A stretch of 64,000 bases of DNA, taken from positions 1,441,949-1,505,948 of the forward strand of contig OZ287698.1 of assembly GCA_965649825.1 (NCBI GenBank), read 5' to 3'. Origin of the DNA: Penicillus capitatus (lineage: Eukaryota > Plantae > Chlorophyta). A program made the position numbers and the translations under genes. Each line of letters starts with the position of its first letter. Within the stretch, counting starts at the first letter, position 1. The notes beneath the pieces were generated by a model. That model was not told the DNA's origin, made no database searches, and saw nothing but the letters and a program-made list of their open reading frames with translations. This document shows positions 39,800 to 50,783 of the stretch, in pieces.

Positions 39800-40338
39800 T
39801 GTGTCCATTTGTGTTGATGGGTGGAGTCGCTTATGAGCATTCTGGACCTGCAATCATTGTATCCTATGCACTGATCGCTAGCGACTGTACCCATCTCCGG
39901 CTTGGATATGACGACATGGATCTCGTCTTCGGCGAATTCGCTTCCTAGTATGCCCTCCCGTCCGCTGATGAACAGATACGATATCGACCGGTTCCGTTAT
40001 TAGGATGGCAGCAAGTAGTCTGCCCATGGAATACCTGTTGTCCGTCAGTACAGTAGCCAAAGGCTTCTCAGATCACCTCCGCACGCTTCTTGGCATGGAG
40101 AGCCAGGATTGGCGATCGCGTTTGATGGCGTGGACGAGTGGCGATTGGCGTCTTGGGTGCTCTGGCAGTGATCCTGTCATCGATCCTATTAGCCTATGGC
40201 GTGCGTGAATCGTTTACGTTCGACTGCTTCTTCACGGCGCTGACGATTCTCATCATTGTATCCACGATCTTATCGTCGATGGCGATCGACACCCGAACAC
40301 CGTTGCTCAGTTCACTCGCGTCTGCATTCATGGCTTGA
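39800..40338 (+). pseudogene. Degenerate third CAT transporter fragment
   Basis: GVAYEHSGPAIIVSYAL..DLVFGEFAS(stop), remnant of the second intron, STVAKGFSDHL, then a frameshift to LLAYGVRESFTF. Deletions and a stop relative to the CAT copies. Confidence 0.75.
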
Positions 40339-40746
40339 GTGACGTGCCTGTTCTGAAGGTGGACGCGATGGTCTTGCTGCTGAACTGCCTGCACCGACCT
40401 TCGATGTCTGTACATCCGTCTCTATCATCTCGCCTTCTTTTCGCAATGATGCTCGAATATCTTTATTCTTCCCTCACTTCAATCCCTTCTTCTGCGATCC
40501 ACTGCCGCCTGTTGGTTTCTTTGGCAGAGAGATCATCAACGATGGCTTGGCATCAACATCTCCACTGTCGATGCCCGCAGTATCGTGATAGGACTGCACA
40601 GAGTAAGAAGAGACACCGGCACCCCTTCGTTCAGCGTTTACTTATTTCCAGCGTCCTCTGATCCAGTTTGCGAGCTACTTTCTCATGTGGTCCGTCGTTT
40701 CATCATTTTCGGACGGAAAGGTCGTGTCGTATGAGACGATCGTTAC

Positions 40747-43706
40747 ATGTCGCTTACCGGTGCATCCGGCACTGCTCTTCCGGTTCGTCCATGCCGCAAA
40801 GATCCCCTACCTTCAGCCGTTCGCTTTCGTCCAGTGGCCACGCGGATCGGCGATCGTGACGTTGTATGGAAAGCAGATGGTTTTGGCCGTCTCGCCTCCG
40901 GCAGCTGTACTCTACATTTTGGCAAAACGACCGTGTTCGCTGCCGCTGTGTGTCCTGCTGTTCAGACATTTACATTTCACAAAGTGGTCTTTAATGTGGG
41001 CGGCCACACTTACCCGAGATACAAAACGTCAGTTGGTGGGTGTAGGTGGAGTACAGGGAACGTCTGAGTGCAACGGGACGTTTTCCACACACCAGGGATC
41101 GATATGAGAGTCCTGTCAGAGACCGAGAGCTGCGTCTTGGGCGTTGCATCGATCGCGCATTGCGTCCTCTCTTTCCTCTTCATATGTCACACGATATCTC
41201 TATCAGCACGTCGGTTCTTTCTGCAAGCGCAGACGACGTGGATCCCGTCACAGTCGCCATCAATGCAACATCGGGAGCTTTGATGTGTTCAGACATTCCG
41301 TGGTTTGGTCCGGTGGGAGCATGCAGAGTTGCCATGATCGATGGCAGTCTTGTTGTCCATCCTCCCACGCAGTCACTGAGCGACACCCAGATGTCGGTGT
41401 TAGTGGCCGGGACACGAGACAGAGTCGTCATGTTCGAGGCCGAGGGTCAGGCGGTACGTCGCGAACGAAACAAGCACCTGCTGGTTGTGTGTTTGAGTGG
41501 CTGGCTGTTCAGATGTCGGTGGATCAAGTGTCCAAGGCGCTGGATCTGGCACACGCCGAGTGTCGGTCGATGATCGATTCTCAATGGGAGCTCTCTCGCA
41601 GAAGACAGCAGAAGAAACGTCAGATCAAGTGCTTTGGTGCAGATCCCGTAGCCGCGGAGAGAATCTTGGTATCCTCACAGTGGCTGAGGACTGATGGATG
41701 ACGGATGGTGTAGAATCTAGCACTGCCAGAGTTCGACAAGCTCTACTCCCTTCCAAGAGACAAAGCCACAAGTTCAGAACTCCGCAGACAAATCAAGGAC
41801 GACGTCGAGAAGATCCTCGAGCAGCGCGGTGCCATGCGTTCAGATTTTGCCAGAATCGTATAGCCTGCATACCAGACACCGCCATCCTGTGCGACATGTG
41901 TGTGATGGGCAGCCCGGCTCTGGTTGCGTGTCTAAGACAGATCTTGTTTTCGGAATTTCGATGGCAGAGAACAGAATTCTGCGGAACAACATTTTGTCAA
42001 AAGGCATCCGACTAGACGGACGTCTCACACACGAGATCCGTTCTATGAATTGTCAAGTGCGGCCAATGCTGTCGCACTCGTTTTGTTAAGTGATGCATAT
42101 GGTTTGTGTCAGACAAAGCTGTTTCCCATGGTCCACGGTTCAGCATTGTTCGAGAAAGGCGAAACGCAGTCTCTCTGCACGGCAACGGTGCTGTTCTCTC
42201 ACTCATGGCACGAAGATGTGCAAGCAGATGTGGCAGTCTAGATCGGAAGCGGAGTGGACAGACATACAATGCCTGATTTGTTCAACAAGAGAGAAAAGCG
42301 TTTAGTCGTGCATTACTCTCTACCAAACTACGCGACAAACCAAATCCGACGAGTCCAAGGAGTGAATCTCTTAGAGAGGGAATATTGCTTCTTGATCGGT
42401 CACTCTTTTCTGTCCCATCTTTCCGTGCAACGCTGAACCTGTTTGTAGAGAAGGCTCTAGCGGGAGTACTGCCATCTGCCGACGACTTTCCTTTTTCTAT
42501 GCACCTGATCGTCGACACGATATCGTCCAACGGTTCATCCGCCTTGGTGCGAAGCTATCCTGTCGATCTCGGAGGGTGGGGTGATATGTGATCCCCGTGA
42601 CAGACTGCTCTTTGCGGAGGATCTCTGGCTTTGGCGGATGCAGGCGTCCCCCTTCGATGCTGCATTGCAGGTCTCTTGCTACGTTCCCTCTTGACAGCGT
42701 TCGACAGAAGTGTTGCTCAGGAATCAGCGTCGGGATGGTGACAGATGTCGAGAAAGACTTCTGCGAACATGAAGTCGGAGGCGAGATCTACACCGAAGAT
42801 ACAGCAACTGCCGAAGCAGTCTACCAACAGGCACATCTGCTAACAGGTCTCTCCACTTGAGGACCTAAAACGCAATCGAGATGGGATCGATTAGATATTC
42901 AAGAGATTGAAGATATCCATGGGGATATGGACTTCAAGATTGCTGCCAGCGAGGACGGTCTAGCAGCCCTTCAACTGGATAGTAAATTACCAGGTAATGC
43001 CTGACACATGACGCTCTTCGTCTTTGCACAGTACGGTTTGGCAACCAAGGTGGGGTCACTCTCGAGACAGTAAAATTGGCATTGGAACAGTCAAGACAGC
43101 CAATACAGCAGGTGCTGCGTCGCCTGCAAGAGGAGCTCTCACAGAAAGCGCCGTCAGAATGTCCGATCGTCGAGAAGACGAATATCAATCGCGAAAACAT
43201 GGTATCTTCCTCCCGATCGCACAGTCCCTTGCGATTTTACTGTTCTCTGTGTCAGAGCCTCATCATCGGCAAAGACGGCACACAGATTCGGAAACTGGAG
43301 GACGAAACCGGCGTCCAATTGATACTGCAGTCAACAGGCGATGCAGCCATCTACGCTCGGACGGCCGACCAGATGAAGCAAGCCAAAAAGCGGATCCTCG
43401 ATCTACAAGGACTCACCATCCACGAAGGCATTTCACCCCACCGCTTGCCATCTCATCCATCGATGACATATTGGATGGCACACAGGTGCTGTGTACGAAG
43501 CCAAGGTTGTACAGCTCTTGGACTACGGTGCCTATGTGGAGCTACCCAATGGATTCAACGTTTTGCTACATATCTCACAACTGGCACACGATCGTTTTGC
43601 CTCAGTGAAAGATATCTTGAAAGAGGGTCAGCTCGTAAATGTAAAGTGCATTGGGAGAGATGACCATGGAAATATACTCCTCTCTCGAAAGGAGCTTTTG
43701 GAATGA
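40747..43706 (+). CDS. PNP: Divergent organellar polyribonucleotide nucleotidyltransferase (PNPase) with KH and S1 domains
   Basis: [65 protein letters not shown] and YGAYVEL. About eleven introns, the last GC-AG. Confidence 0.88.
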
Positions 43707-43775
43707 GATGTGATGCTGTGTGTGGATGGTGTTGTTTGTGTAAATACGAATGCTTCCGGTTAATTGTATCGAATC

Positions 43776-43848
43776 GCACACGTGGCGCAATGGATAGCGC
43801 ATCTGACTTCGGATCAGAAGGTTGGGGGTTCGAGTCCCTTCGTGTGCA
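43776..43848 (+). tRNA. tRNA-Arg(TCG)
   Basis: Acceptor stem GCACACG/CGTGTGC, D-loop TGG, anticodon arm TCTGA-CTTCGGA-TCAGA, T-loop GTTCGAG. Confidence 0.93.
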
Positions 43849-44098
43849 GCCTATTGCATTCCTACCTTTACCCACGGTTCAGAACTCGCCGAGAAAAGAA
43901 GACCACCACGAGGAAAGAACGATCCCTCGCGATGCTGGCCGTTGACAAAACCGCCCGCGATCGATTTTGCAAGATGTCGACGAAGTGGATGATGGGATGG
44001 AGTGGTCAACACGATGTAGGCTTTGTTATGGGACATACGGCAGGTGGACCGCGCCCAGTCTATCCCTATCGACATAACCATAAGGTCGAGTGCGTAAA

Positions 44099-44170
44099 TT
44101 CCGCTGCCGGGAATCGAACCCGGGCCTTCTGAGTGAGAGTCAGAGATCATAGCCACTAGACTACAGCGGA
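44099..44170 (-). tRNA. tRNA-Glu(CTC)
   Basis: Acceptor stem TCCGCTG/CAGCGGA, anticodon arm TCTGA-CTCTCAC-TCAGA, T-loop GTTCGATT. Confidence 0.93.
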
Positions 44171-44262
44171 AGACATCTTCTACCGCATGGTTTTGTTTTA
44201 AATCACGTCCGTCTGGGAAAAACCCGTTCTAAGAGCATTGCAACTAAAAATCTCGTTCTCCG

Positions 44263-45038
44263 ATGCAAGGCCGATGGATTTTCGTCATCGCCGTCGTCTC
44301 CTTGGCGCTCTTCGGAGATTTTATCGCTCTCTTTAGCACCACCCATCTACAGCAAACACATGAGCATGCCGAGGCCCCGCCGCCTCCGACGCTCAACGAC
44401 CTTCTGGCCGCACGCAGCCTCGACAAGCGTGTTCACGTGTCTTACTGCGCTGCATGATCCTACAAGTGCAAAATGGACATCCAGGCCTACCATGTTCTTA
44501 CATTCTATGCATAGGGGGGCATTTGTACGTCTTGCACAGACTCTCCAGCATCAGTATCCAGGAACCGAAATCACGGGTGACACGCATCCTGTCTCTCCTA
44601 TCACGGCATGTCACATCATCACACCATCACTCAAACGACATGCTCATGATGTGACAGGCGAAGCTGATGATGGTGATTGATGCGATGCGCTTTGGTGGAA
44701 TCGGCATCGTGGTCTTCAGCGATCATCTGACGCCGTTACTGGGCGACGTGCAAATGCCTCCTCTTTGGAATCAGATACGTACAAACAAGGTGCAGTCTTG
44801 TCTTCTTTTGTGGTTCGTCGGCGGTACGCTTTCATCCAATCTTGAAAAGACAGGTGCGTTCGAGATCTACTTCGATGGGAACAAGGTAACCAACGCCACA
44901 AAATCCAACATCACATTCTAAATCGCCATTTCTGACCAGATCTTTTCAAAACTCGAAGAGAATCGACTACCGCATCTGAATGAGATAACGACAGCGATGG
45001 ATCGAATTCTGGCGGGCGTGGATAACCAAGCCGACTAA
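44263..45038 (+). CDS. SELENOT: Selenoprotein T with in-frame UGA (CxxU)
   Basis: Signal peptide; VHVSYCAA-TGA(44455-44457)-SYKGAF; then TGAFEIYFDG..IFSKLEENRLP (Rdx fold). Three introns, one GC-AG. Confidence 0.9.
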
Positions 45039-45087
45039 AGCGCTCGATCCGACGGGCGAGAATACCTCTCTATGCATTCAAGGACGC

Positions 45088-45146
45088 CATGTCTATCTGG
45101 AATGAAGATCCGGCGACAATCAGGATCTGATGCGACAGATGGCATG
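45088..45146 (+). ncRNA. Putative SECIS element (compact)
   Basis: An 11-bp lower helix, an AUGA(45102)/UGAU(45128) non-Watson-Crick core and a GAUCC/GGAUC upper helix, about 50 nt after the SelT stop. Confidence 0.6.
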
Positions 45147-45358
45147 TCCGTTCGCGACATCTCCTTGTAGAGCAGGCAGACAGACAGTCTACGAAATCTA
45201 TTACGCTTTCGAAAAACATCCCTTCACATCTTTCGTGATCCGTCATTGTACAGCACAGTCGAGTCCCGCCACCAAGGTCATCTTCAGGATGTTGTGTTGC
45301 CACAGTCAAAGCATGAGGTCTGTTCGTTCGTTCGTCTGTTCATGCCACGCGCGTGTCT

Positions 45359-45936
45359 TCAGTAGAAGAGATCTGGCAGTGCGCCGTAGATGGTCTGAGG
45401 TGCTGGCTCGCCAACTTGGGATCTCGCATTCATCTCTCTCAACGCCTGACGGGCAAAGCTCCGTGTGCGTGGCGGCTCAGCTCGTTGCATCTCGGCATTG
45501 CGTTCAGCCTGGAGCGTCGTTCTTTGACGATCCCATTTGACCCTATCCGTCGATGGCATCTCTTGATACCCGCGTGGTCTCCTGCGGCAACCTCGATCGC
45601 ATGTCGTCTTCGTGATCGAGGTTTGACTTGAAGAGAAGGATGTGGCGTTCTGGTTTGTGTATCGCGTAATGCATCCAACCCCCAGACTGCGTCACACCAA
45701 GTGCCCGCCATTCCGTCTACGCATAACGATCGCATTGTCCGCCGCGTTTGCGATTCGAACGCGCCGTACCTCTTTCATCAAACGCTGTTCCGGGATACGT
45801 CGAACGTATTCCTTCGGCAAAACGACGTGTCTACATATCACACGACATCCTCCCACACTCCAGACGTCTCAGCGTCGCACCGGTATTCGAATTGATCGTC
45901 GGTGTAACGCTCCGAGTATTCGAAGTTGCGCGACAT
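45359..45936 (-). CDS. CKS1: Cyclin-dependent kinase regulatory subunit with extended C-terminus
   Basis: Not in the ORF track. [19 protein letters not shown]|[12 protein letters not shown]|[29 protein letters not shown]|KRP. Three GT-AG introns. Confidence 0.93.
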
Positions 45937-46112
45937 GACGGCGGCGATCGAGACAAGGAGTCAAAGGAAACAGACGTCGGCTCGAGTACACTCGGGAGAA
46001 GCGCCACTAGATGACGTCCATCCACATCATAACCTCGATCGATGTCGATGTTACGTGCCACTACTAACGAGTTGACAAGTGTTGTCGACGCGATTCGTGC
46101 GTTGCAAACTCA

Positions 46113-46631
46113 ATGGGTCGAATTTACGTCGAGTATGTGGAGGGGCGCCCCTATCGTTGTCGCCATTGCCACTGCCATCTGGCCACGGCCGATGACTTGT
46201 TGTCCAAAGTACCCTTAGCCTTCACGGCGACCGTCTCGACCGTCGAGTGCGTTCGTGTGTTTGCAGCAATTCCATTCGAAGAACGGAAGAGCCTATCTCT
46301 TCAAAGGCGTGGTAAACGTGTGCTTTGGCTCCAAAGAAGAGCGCCTCATGACAACGGGTGTCCACATTGTCCGTGACGCATATTGCATTGGATGCATGCT
46401 ACCCGTCGGCTGGAAATATGTAAGGGCCCATTGCACGATGCGGAGTGGTCAGGAACGGTGACTGGGGTATGTTCGTTCGTGTAGGAAGTTGCTTATGAAT
46501 ATGAACAGAAATACAAAGAGGGCAAGTTCATTCTGGAATGTGTCAAGTTGGAGACAGAGACAGGGTCACACGATCCTTGCTTTCCTGGCCAGGAGATGCG
46601 TTTCTCAGAACTCGGTGCAACCTGTCCCTGA
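46113..46631 (+). CDS. Yippee-like zinc-binding protein
   Basis: YRCRHC..LSK|QFHSKNGRAYLF..RLMTTGVHIVRDAYCIGC..VGWKY|E..KYKEGKFILE. Confidence 0.93.
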
Positions 46632-46674
46632 CATCCATCTGGCCCAGTAAGAAAGGGAGGCGGGGATGGACTCC

Positions 46675-47065
46675 TTAAAACGACGCGATCGGGCGTGATG
46701 GGACAGGTGTGTCTGTAGGGGAGGAGACCTGGGATGGCTGTGTCTGTACACTAGCGGATGGATGGATCGGTGGGTGCGTGTGTGGGTGGGTGACGGTTAC
46801 CTTTCTTTCGACATACTCCACAGCACAACACACCGCTCTTAGCATTCTGTGTTTTTTATTCTTGCGGTCGTCGGACAATTCTGTACACAGAACTAAAGCC
46901 TGCCAGCTGGTTTTGGATCTTTTTTGGAGCTAAGTTATCCTCTGTATGTACGCATGTACCCATAAACCCTTTGAAAGACACAGGATTCGTTCGCTCTTCA
47001 ATCTCTGGCTGGTCTGTCTCTGGTATGGAAGCACAGCGATGTCTCGGCGTTTTGTCTTCAGCCAT
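46675..47065 (-). CDS. Possible small hypothetical protein
   Basis: MAEDKTPRH.. and ..MLRAVCCAVEY.. frames can be joined by a GT-AG intron. No family recognised. Confidence 0.25.
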
Positions 47066-47206
47066 GATTCTTTTGATTTGACGACGGTTCAATGAAAATC
47101 TAGATGAATGCATTTTGAGGTGTCAAAATGGTCAGGCGTCTCATTCCGCTGCGTTTCGGATTGCGGCTGCCGTGCAGAAGCGCCACGTCGATTGCCGCAG
47201 GTCGTC

Positions 47207-48895
47207 ATGTTATCGCGACTAGCTTATGTTACGCGACGATTGGGAGGAGAATCGATATTGCCCAGCAGCAGTGTCGCCGTCGCCATGTCTTCGGCAGAAC
47301 GCGTCGGCACGACACAGATCGACACGTTCCGATGCCTCAATACATTCTGTATGATAGGATCGACGATGCGTCTGTTCGCCACGGGCGAAAAGATCAAAGT
47401 GACGGAACCGGTCGTCGATCTGGACGGCGACGAAATGACCAGGTCGTCTCGACCTCTCCGAAACCTCCAGCACACCATTCTAACGCGATGCTGTCTGTAG
47501 AGTGATCTGGAGAATGATAAAAGAAAAGGTCCATTCGGATGGCTCGTGACAGAAATGAGATGCCTGTTTGGCGGCCCTGTTGACTGTAGTTGATATTTCC
47601 GTACGTGGATGTGAACATGGAGTACTACGATTTGGGTTTGCCGCATCGAGATGCCACAGACGATCAAGTCACGATCGATGCGGCTCATGCCATAAAAGTG
47701 TGATCGCTCACTCTTTTGCCTTACATACAGATGCCGACCACACGATATACAGAAACACAAAGTTGGTATCAAATGCGCAACGATCACACCTGACGAAGCA
47801 CGCGTGGAAGAATTTAAGCTTAAGAAGGTCAGGAACCGCGTCGGCAGTCTGTTGCTGGTGTGGCACTGGTGCGGTGCAGATGTGGAAGAGTCCCAACGGA
47901 ACGATCCGTAATATACTGAACGGTACCGTATTCCGTGAGCCCATTGTGGTGTCGAATATTCCAAGACTGGTTCCGGGATGGAAGAAGCCGATCGTCGTGG
48001 GCAGACATGCATTTGGCGATCAGTATCGCGCCACAGACATGTTGGTGAGCAGTCCCGGAAAACTCGAACTCGTTTTCACTCCCAACGACGGCGGATCGCC
48101 CGAAAGACACGAAGTCTTTGACTTCGCCTCTAACGGAGGCGTGGGACTAGCCATGTACAACACGGACGATTCGATTCGTGGATTTGCCAAGTCCTGTTTC
48201 GAATATGCCCTGCAGAAAGAGTGGCCACTTTACCTATCGACCAAAAACACGATTCTGAAGAAGTATGATGGCAGGTGAGATGGCCTGGATGGTCAGAGGG
48301 CTGTCAGACATGACATATGTGGTGGTTCAGATTTATGATGCTCTTTCAGGAGATCTACGAAAAGGCTTACCAGAAGAGATTCGAGGATGCCAAGATCTGG
48401 TATGAGCATCGACTCATCGATGACATGGTCGCTCAGGCGCTCAAGTCTCAAGGAGGATTTGTGTGGGCCTGCAAGAACTATGATGGCGATGTGCAATCGG
48501 ATATCGTGGCTCAGGGATACGGGTCTCTTGGCCTCATGACGAGTGTTCTGGTCACACCAGACGGTCAAACCGTCGAGGCGGAAGCGGCCCATGGGACAGT
48601 GACACGTCACTGGCGTCAGTACCAGAAGGGCCAACCGACATCGACCAACCCCGTCGCCAGTATCTTTGCCTGGACCCGTGGTCTGGAACACAGAGCCAAG
48701 CTAGATGGCAACACCGCTCTGGGCAAATTCTGTGCGGATTTGGAGAAAGCCGTGATTCTGACCATCGAAGACGGCGACATGACAAAGGATCTAGCCATCT
48801 GTGTGCACGGCACTTCGAAAGTGACACCTGACCAATACCTAGCAACGGAGCCATTCATGGACAAGATTGCTGACAAACTGGCGACGTTGATGTGA
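47207..48895 (+). CDS. IDH: NADP-dependent isocitrate dehydrogenase, organelle-targeted
   Basis: [61 protein letters not shown] and [12 protein letters not shown]. Five introns. Confidence 0.97.
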
Positions 48896-48954
48896 ACAGA
48901 ACACGATGAACGCAACCGAGTCCTTTAACATCCATCATCACACCTTTCATCTCG

Positions 48955-50719
48955 CTATGTCCTCCTTCTCTTGTTGGTCATTGCATCGAGCGCGGCATCC
49001 ACCTCACCTTTCAGAGGCTTCAGATCTTCAACCGTCAGCCTGCGCTGCTCCATGACGATACCGAGCTTTGCTGTCAGATGCGAGAATGCTTTTTCGTCCA
49101 TCGCTTTTCGCAGGAGAGAAACAGCCACGCCTCTCTGCTCCAATCGAGCCGTTCGGCCGACCCTACACATTGAACGGATCGACAGGGACCATCAACGATT
49201 GATCTTGACAGGCGCACCGATGAACGTAGGTTTTGGAGTGGGTCGGTGCATCGTAGCTGATGACGCAGTCCACGTCTTTCATATCGAGACCCCTTGCCAT
49301 CACATCCGATGCCACCAATACACAACCACCTCTGCATCGCTTACGGTGAACAGACAGCGAGAGGAGAGAGAAGAGACTGTACGACTGTCTGAATCTCTTG
49401 AGTGATTTCTTGAACGTATTCCTTGACAGATCGCCGCAACCTTCGACGACCTTTTCATTCAGGAACTGTACATTCTTTAGCATCTCTGTCAGTCTAGTAA
49501 TGAAGATGGATAGTGTGAGGTCAGATGGTCACACGTCACACTTTTGGCTCATGTCTGTTGTGGAGCAGAAGACAATGATCCGGGAGTCTGGCGACTGGTG
49601 GAGGAGACCTACCAGAGCCAAAGGACGCAACGGTGCAGGGACGATGACTTTCTGGTGCCGCAATCCAATAGGGAACTGATATCTCTGTAATCCGCCCCCT
49701 TCTGAACAGATCATTCGCGGTGCGTGGAGCTCCAGAAGCTTCAGCTGATGCACATCGTGAGATACGGTCGCCGATACCACAATCTTCTGCAAACGCTGCC
49801 CTGTATGCAGCCAGAGAATGACAAATCTCCATGAGCAGATGATGTGACAGACCCTCCATACATATCGTGCTTGTGTCTTGCCTCGATCGCCGAATCAAAA
49901 GGGGCAGACAGTCTCGGTGACGTCGTTTCATCAAATGATCTGCCTCGTCCAAAACCTAAACAACTGATGAGAGACAGACCACGTCACGTCGGGTAGATGG
50001 GTGGATACCAGAAAGCGAAGGTGACGGAGTGAGAATCCATAAGTGTGATCCAAATGTGTGACAAGTCTGCCAGGAGTGCTCAACAGAATGTCTACCGTGC
50101 CATCCCATCCGACAGAATCCGATCTCTCGCATGCCATTCGCAGCATCTGCATCTCGGCGGCGAGAGAGTCTTGACCCAGACAGCCGAGACGAAGATGCAG
50201 GTCTCTGCACAAGGGACTTAACCATCGCATCACCTACACCTCTCCTTCCAGGCAGATCTGTCTACTTTGGCGCTGCACCTGATCCATCAGGGGTTTGGTG
50301 GGCAACAGAATGATGGCCCTTAGACAGTGGACAGGTTCCGGATCGCTTCTGTCTCGAAGCCATCGATACTGGACGTCATGTATGGGGTCCGTTACTGTAT
50401 GAGATGCTGCAGAATGGGTAAGGTGTAGGCGAGTGTTTTGCCAGATCCTGTTGGGAAAGAGAGACAGATGTCGTGTCTCGTGCTGTTTCCGCCGCACAGC
50501 ACTTCCCACGTGGCGCATTGCGGTGCCAGGATCTCAGTGAACCCACCTATACAGAGAGCGCTTACCCAGTGCGGCCTGTGATCAGGAATCGATCTTCTTG
50601 CGTTTTTCCATGGCGCTATAGATTCTGTGATCGAGTTGTGGCACATCCGCCAGCGCCAGCCGGCGACCGGCAGCAGTTTCGATCGGATGCTGAATCCATG
50701 GCAGCGCAGCGTGATGCAT
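48955..50719 (-). CDS. DEAD-box RNA helicase (DDX51/Dbp6/RH1-like)
   Basis: MHHAALPW.., [29 protein letters not shown] and HRVGRTAR. The first intron (50547-50601) is GC-AG. Confidence 0.9.
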
Positions 50720-50783
50720 AGAGGCCCAACGCAAAGACGTCCCATCACCAGCCTTTCGTCGACGTCTTGCTCGCTGTGTGAAG

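Noticed and set aside
50392-50748. MGRLCV.. as the helicase N-terminus
   Set aside because: The [19 protein letters not shown] frame joined by a GC-AG intron fits the RH1/DDX51 N-terminus better.
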